Origin: Gammaproteobacteria bacterium
Lineage (GTDB): Bacteria; Pseudomonadota; Gammaproteobacteria; JAABTG01
Direction: 5' to 3'
Assembly (NCBI GenBank): GCA_030066245.1
Contig: JASJBY010000032.1
Span: forward strand, 1 to 44,205
DNA length: 44,205 nt
Each line of letters opens with the position of its first letter. The stretch's first letter is position 1. Of the stretch, positions 39,461-44,205 are shown one piece after another. The translations under genes were made by a program, and so were the position numbers. The notes under the pieces are model-generated. The model saw only the letters and a list, made by a program, of their open reading frames with translations. It ran no database searches and was not told where the DNA came from.

Positions 39461-39614
39461 GGTCCGCCGCGCCCCTGCCCTAGCGAGAAGCGGAGATGCC
39501 GGGCGTAAGCTATCCGTGCGCTGCTCGTCGTCTACGCCGCTGCGCCAACGCGTCGACCGGACCTGCATGTGGCGTATTCCGAATCATCGATAGAGTTAAC
39601 GGCTCCAGACAGGC

Positions 39615-40808
39615 ATGAACCCTGACCTCGGCCAGCTCCAACCCTACCCGTTCGAGCGGCTGGCCCGACTCAAGCAGGGACTGACACCTCCCGCAGGCAT
39701 GAAGCACATCAGCATGTCCATCGGTGAGCCACAACACGCGGCACCGGCGTTTGTTGCGGAGGAAGTCCTGTCCCACCTTCACGGCTTGGCACGCTACCCT
39801 ACGACGAAGGGCGACCTGCGCCTCAGGGAAGCCATCACCGCATGGGCGGCTCGGCGCTTTCACCTTCCGATGGGGTCCCTCGATGCCGAACGCAACGTCT
39901 TGCCGGTCAGCGGCACCCGAGAAGCACTGTTTGCGATTGCCCAGGCAATCGTCGATCGGCGCAGAGCGCCGATTACCGTGTTGCCGAATCCTTTCTACCA
40001 GATATACGAGGGTGCAAGCATACTGGCCGGCGCTACCCCTTTCTTTGCGACTGCCGACAGCCGCTCCCGCTTCATCCCTGACTTCGATGCGGTCGGCGAG
40101 CATATCTGGCGACGCTGCCAGCTGCTATACCTTTGCTCGCCGGGCAATCCGACTGGCGCTGTGGTCCCCCTCCATTCACTGCAGCGTCTTATTGAGCTCG
40201 CCGACCGACACGACTTCATTATCGCATCCGACGAGTGCTACTCGGAGATTTATGCCGACGAAGCGCAACCGCCGCCGGGACTGCTCCAGGCGGCGGCAGA
40301 TATGGGCCGGACGGGATTCCAGCGTTGCCTAGTCCTCAACAGCCTTTCAAAACGCTCCAACGTACCTGGTCTCCGTTCCGGGTTTGTGGCGGGCGATGCC
40401 GACATCATCGAACGTTTTCTGCTCTACCGAACCTACCACGGTTGTACGATGCCGCTGCCTGCTCAGGCTGCCAGCATCGCCGCGTGGGAAGACGAGAAGC
40501 ACGTCATCGAGAACAGGCAACGCTATCGGCAGAAGTTCGAGGCGGTCCTGGGCATTCTCTCCTCCATCCTGGACGTGCATCGTCCAGAAGCAGGCTTTTT
40601 CCTCTGGCCGAGGACACCTGGCGACGACCAGCACTTCACCAAGGCGCTGTATGCCAAACACAACGTCACGGTTCTGCCGGGCAGCTACCTGTCGAGAGAG
40701 GTGAAGGGCCTGAACCCTGGTCACGGCCACGTTCGCATGGCCCTGGTAGCACCCATCGAGGATTGCGTGGAAGCTGCCCAGCGCATCAGCTTGATGCTCA
40801 GTGGCTAA
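39615..40808 (+). CDS. dapC: Succinyldiaminopimelate transaminase (beta/gamma-proteobacterial DapC type)
   Basis: MNPDLGQLQPYPFERLARLK is the typical N-terminus. SIGEPQH and LNSLSKRSNVPGLRSG (PLP lysine region) are present. The gene is adjacent to dapD. Confidence 0.85.
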   Translation: MNPDLGQLQPYPFERLARLKQGLTPPAGMKHISMSIGEPQHAAPAFVAEEVLSHLHGLARYPTTKGDLRLREAITAWAARRFHLPMGSLDAERNVLPVSGTREALFAIAQAIVDRRRAPITVLPNPFYQIYEGASILAGATPFFATADSRSRFIPDFDAVGEHIWRRCQLLYLCSPGNPTGAVVPLHSLQRLIELADRHDFIIASDECYSEIYADEAQPPPGLLQAAADMGRTGFQRCLVLNSLSKRSNVPGLRSGFVAGDADIIERFLLYRTYHGCTMPLPAQAASIAAWEDEKHVIENRQRYRQKFEAVLGILSSILDVHRPEAGFFLWPRTPGDDQHFTKALYAKHNVTVLPGSYLSREVKGLNPGHGHVRMALVAPIEDCVEAAQRISLMLSG

Positions 40809-40841
40809 GCCACAGACACAGAAACCAATGGGAGTAAACAC

Positions 40842-41663
40842 ATGAACGATCTTCGCGCAACCATAGAACAAGCCTACGAGCGTCGAGCTGATATCACGCC
40901 GCGCAGCGTTGAGACCCTGGTGAAGGAAGCTGTCGACGAGGTCATTGTTCAGCTGGACCGGGGGGAGCTCAGGGTTGCAGAGAAGCAGACCGACGACTGG
41001 GTTGTTCACGAGTGGCTGAAGAAAGCCGTGCTTTTGTCATTCCGCATTTCGGACAATGAGTTCTTGAAAGGCGGCTTCACCAATTATTTTGACAAAGTCC
41101 CGGCAAAGTACGCGGACTGTAACTCGCGCGAGTTCCGGGAGTACGGGGTGCGGGTAGTCCCTCCGGCTTCCGCCCGCCGTGGGGCCTACATCGCACCGGG
41201 AGTCGTGTTGATGCCCTCCTACGTGAACATCGGCGCCTACGTTGACAGCGGCACCATGGTGGATACTTGGGCAACAGTTGGCTCCTGCGCCCAGATAGGC
41301 AAGAGTGTTCACCTCTCTGGCGGGGTCGGCATCGGCGGAGTGCTGGAGCCACTGCAGGCGAATCCCACCATCATAGAGGACAACTGCTTCATAGGTGCCC
41401 GTTCGGAGATCGTGGAAGGTGTCATCGTCGGCGAGGGAGCGGTGATCTCAATGGGCGTGTACATCGGCCAGAGCACCCGAATCTACAATCGCGAAACCGG
41501 GGAGATCACTTACGGCCGCATCCCGCCCGGCGCCGTCGTAGTGCCAGGCAACCTACCCGCCGGGAACGGCAAGTACAGCCTCTATTGTGCGGTGATAGTC
41601 AAGCAAGTCGATGAGAAGACTCGCAGTAAGATAGGTATCAACGAGCTGCTGCGCAATATTTGA
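40842..41663 (+). CDS. dapD: 2,3,4,5-tetrahydropyridine-2,6-dicarboxylate N-succinyltransferase
   Basis: It has hexapeptide-repeat beta-helix sequence ([40 protein letters not shown]) and a typical DapD N-terminus ([13 protein letters not shown]). Confidence 0.92.
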   Translation: MNDLRATIEQAYERRADITPRSVETLVKEAVDEVIVQLDRGELRVAEKQTDDWVVHEWLKKAVLLSFRISDNEFLKGGFTNYFDKVPAKYADCNSREFREYGVRVVPPASARRGAYIAPGVVLMPSYVNIGAYVDSGTMVDTWATVGSCAQIGKSVHLSGGVGIGGVLEPLQANPTIIEDNCFIGARSEIVEGVIVGEGAVISMGVYIGQSTRIYNRETGEITYGRIPPGAVVVPGNLPAGNGKYSLYCAVIVKQVDEKTRSKIGINELLRNI

Positions 41664-41710
41664 GCAGTGCCGGGCTGCGGGTTGCAAGGCAATCCCGATG
41701 CTGATGCAAC

Positions 41711-41741
41711 AAAAAAAGCGTGGGGCGGCGAACCCCACGCT
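41711..41741 (-). terminator. Intrinsic terminator for the HU-like gene (shared convergent terminator with dapD)
   Basis: The minus strand reads AGCGTGGGG-TTCGCCG-CCCCACGCT followed by T7. Confidence 0.8.
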
Positions 41742-41800
41742 TCCTCTCACCGTTTTCTGCGAGCGCCGGTCTGAGCACGCGACCGGCGCGGCTCGGCGCG

Positions 41801-42280
41801 CTACTGGACCATTTCCTTCAGGCCCTTCAGGGCGGTTATCTTGACCACCGTGCGGGCAGGCTTGGCCTTAATCATAATTTCTTCGCCGGTAAACGGATTG
41901 CGCCCCTTGCGTGCTTTGGTGGCGGGCTTGCGCGACGTCCTGATCTTCATCAGACCCGGCATGGTGAACTGTCCGGCAGCCCGCTTCTTGACATGCCGCT
42001 CGATGATGGAATTCAGCTCATCCACCACCGCCAAAACATCTTTCTTTGCCACGCCGGTATTCTCTACCAGGGCTGAGAGCAACTGCGCTTTGGTGTAGGA
42101 CTCCCGAATCGGCGTCGAAACCTTTTTCGGCGCCGCAGCGCGAGGCGCAGTCTTCTTGGGAGCTGCCTTCCTGGGAGCCGCCTTCCTGACAGCGGCTTTC
42201 TTCACAGTTCTGGCGCCTACGCTTCTGGCGCGTGACGCAGTCTTCTTCCTGGCACTTTTCTTCGTCGAAACTCTCGGCAT
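41801..42280 (-). CDS. HU/IHF-fold DNA-binding protein with an N-terminal lysine/alanine-rich histone H1-like tail
   Basis: Start set at MPRVSTKKSARKK (42280). The first ~60 aa are KKAA/PRKAAPKK repeats. The C-terminal ~90 aa have the HU fold (AQLLSALVENTGVAKKDVLAVVDELNSII...GRNPFTGEEIMIKAKP). Confidence 0.8.
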   Translation of the reverse strand: MPRVSTKKSARKKTASRARSVGARTVKKAAVRKAAPRKAAPKKTAPRAAAPKKVSTPIRESYTKAQLLSALVENTGVAKKDVLAVVDELNSIIERHVKKRAAGQFTMPGLMKIRTSRKPATKARKGRNPFTGEEIMIKAKPARTVVKITALKGLKEMVQ

Positions 42281-43178
42281 CTTTGCCCCCCGTCTGTATC
42301 TGTTAGCTTGCCTTCCGTTAAGTGATTCAGCCTGCGGATCCAACATCCGCCATCCCCCGATGCCTGTTGGCGTAAGGCGAAAAGGCTAGCGAAAGATAGC
42401 AACGCCTATCGCGAGATACAACCAGTTTAGGACATAATTTTCAGTTTCAAAGGCTTTTTTGCTGAAAAAAACGCATGGGCACCCCATTCTCCGACGGTCG
42501 GACAAACTGGCAACGGCCGAGGTGAAAAACAAGGGCGACAGGATGCAGCCTCAAACAGACTGCCCATGGCCCCGCCTTTTTGCCGCAAACAGCCATGCGC
42601 GGCGCTCTTGCCGTCGAGCAAAGACGCACGGGTTCCGGAATCAACCGAGAGCAAACAAGTGAACGCCGATTGCAGCTTCACACGCCGCACGACAGATGCT
42701 GCGCCCGCCCCAGGATCGATCCCTTGCCTGTAAGCGTACACGTGGTCTTCACCGTGGGAAGAGCGGCACCGCCTGAGGCCGTGGCACAAGGCATACGCCC
42801 TGCGTTCCGACCGTGTATAGGTGTCCCGGGAAGTCGAATACTTGTCGCAGCAACCGGTTCGGGTCCGGAAGCGGCTGCGCCGGGACCGAGAGTGCTGCCC
42901 GGGCGAGGAACACACCCATTACCCATGAGATGGCCTCTGTAGGGCGCACGCCCGTAGCGAACCCGAGCACCCAAGACAGGTTTGCCATACGACAGCCCGT
43001 GTGCATTTCTGCAAGGGGAAGCGGACTTCGGAGGGGCGGGCCGTTGTTGACCGGCCCTGCAAGAAGTCTGTTGACGAGCCGGCCGGTCGCAGGCCATCAT
43101 CACGCCTGGTACAGCGCAGTCCAGTGACAGCATCCGAGAACAAATACCCTGTCTTTATCGATCCTGGCACTTGTCCCG

Positions 43179-43908
43179 TTGCTGTCATGCCTTGTCTGCG
43201 GCGCCGTCAACGCCGCGGCGCTGCCCGACGCCATCGAGCGGGTGAGGCCCAGCATCGTCGGCGTCGGCACCGTCCAGCACATCCGCAGACCGCCGGGCGA
43301 ATTCCGCGGCACTGGATTCGTCGTCGGTGATGGCCACCATGTCATTACCAATGCCCACAATCCTCCGGAGACACTCAACACCACCCGCAGGAGTTCCTGG
43401 CGATATTCACGGCAGGGAAGCGGGAGCAGGCGCGAAAGGCAGAGGTAATAGCATCGGACAGCGTACATGACGTGGCGCTGTTTCGTTTCCAGGGCACGGC
43501 GCTGCGCCTGGGGGATTCGCGCCGGGTGCGGGAGGGCGAGCTCTATGCGTTTACCGGATTCCCTATCGGCCTGGTACTGGGAATGCACCCGGTCACCCAC
43601 CGGGGTATTGTCTCCGCCATCACGCCTATCGTCATCCCGCAGATCTCCGCCGGCCAGCTTACGCCGGAAATGGTGAAACGGCTGAACGAGCCCTACGATA
43701 TAGTCCAGCTCGATGCGACCGCTTATACCGGAAACAGTGTTAGTCCCCTGTATTTCCCGGGTACGGGCGTGGTTGTGGGCGTCATAAACAAGGTTTTGTG
43801 AAGGAAAGCAAAGAGAATCTGCTCAAGGACCCAAGTGGGATCACCTATGCAATTCCGGCCACCTATGCCGAGGCGTTGATGAACCAAGCTGGTATCAAAG
43901 CCCGCTGA
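43179..43908 (+). pseudogene. Trypsin-like (S1 family) serine protease disrupted by two 1-nt frameshifts
   Basis: Three consecutive frames give LPDAIERVRPSIVGVGT...GTGFVVGDGHHVITNAH / EFLAIFTAGKREQARKAEVIASDSVHDVALFRFQG...DATAYTGNSVSPLY...GVINKV / FVKESKENLLKDPSGITYAIPATYAEALMNQAGIKAR*. The frame changes by -1 near 43385-43392 and again at the T-run 43794-43797. There is no ATG or GTG start. The Ser motif is GNSVSP rather than GNSGxP. Confidence 0.7.
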
Positions 43909-44084
43909 TAACGTCTCTTTCGTTGCGCCCATTTCCAGAGGGTCTGCCGACACGTCGAGCATTGCCGGACGCAACCCATCCAGGCGACTTCGCCCATCTC
44001 TACGTCGATCACATCCTTCTCAAGCGCAGTTGGATCGGAGCTGAGCAATCCGGAGGTTTAACCCGGATTTCTCACCAGGCGGAC

Positions 44085-44205
44085 CTTGGGTCGCAGGTTA
44101 TGTTGGCAAACTCAGCGCATTGGCTTCACCGAGCCGATCTTCATTGTGATCGACCTGTCCTATTCGGTTCTTGGCCCACTCTGGCTTTGCATCTTGACCG
44201 GTCCC
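44085..44205 (+). CDS. Possible 5' end of a gene continuing past the window (very tentative)
   Basis: The frame opening after the TAA at 44058-44060 reads ...QRIGFTEPIFIVIDLSYSVLGPLWLCILTGP. Its third-position GC is about two thirds by my count, against roughly half in the other open frames. The only candidate start is a TTG, and I could not assign a family. Confidence 0.2.

Noticed and set aside
1-44205. Search for CRISPR arrays, IS elements or transposases, integrases, toxin-antitoxin pairs and restriction or defence genes
   Set aside because: I found no direct-repeat/spacer periodicity, no terminal inverted repeats flanking a transposase-like ORF, and no ORF with recognisable signatures of these classes.

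Overview
High-GC (about 60-65% by eye) chromosomal core region of a gammaproteobacterium. Most genes lie on the minus strand in an order that, from memory, matches the Pseudomonas-type housekeeping array: leuD-leuB-asd-fimV-truA-trpF-trpB-trpA-accD-folC-dedD ... cvpA-purF-metZ. Beyond this array are an AcuI/YhdH-type reductase, a large PAS-GGDEF-EAL protein, a Crp/Fnr regulator divergent from an octaheme HAO-family cytochrome c, a TPR protein, a GGT-family protein, a PilZ protein, putP, bcp, a Sel1/SH3 protein and a truncated M61 peptidase. The right end carries queG, a VOC protein, dapC-dapD, an HU-family gene with a lysine-rich tail, and a frameshifted S1 protease. I saw no rRNA, tRNA, CRISPR array, transposase, integrase or recognisable defence island, so this looks like an ordinary core region rather than an accessory island. 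The items worth a second look are modest. (1) The metZ leader has an intrinsic terminator, a mutually exclusive antiterminator and a SAM-II-like pseudoknot layout. (2) The HAO-like octaheme cytochrome has no redox partner gene and sits next to a perfect TTGAT-N4-ATCAA box and a Cys-less Crp/Fnr regulator. (3) A PomA-PomB-PilZ operon lies in opposite orientation between dedD and cvpA, behind a sigma-28-like promoter, and its PilZ has c-di-GMP motifs split by about 90 residues. (4) Several intergenic gaps of 450-850 bp are unusually long; one has a promoter-like -10 element plus a terminator, consistent with a roughly 250-nt sRNA. (5) A trypsin-like protease gene carries two 1-nt frameshifts. 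All calls rest on reading the sequence and on remembered family signatures. No searches were run.
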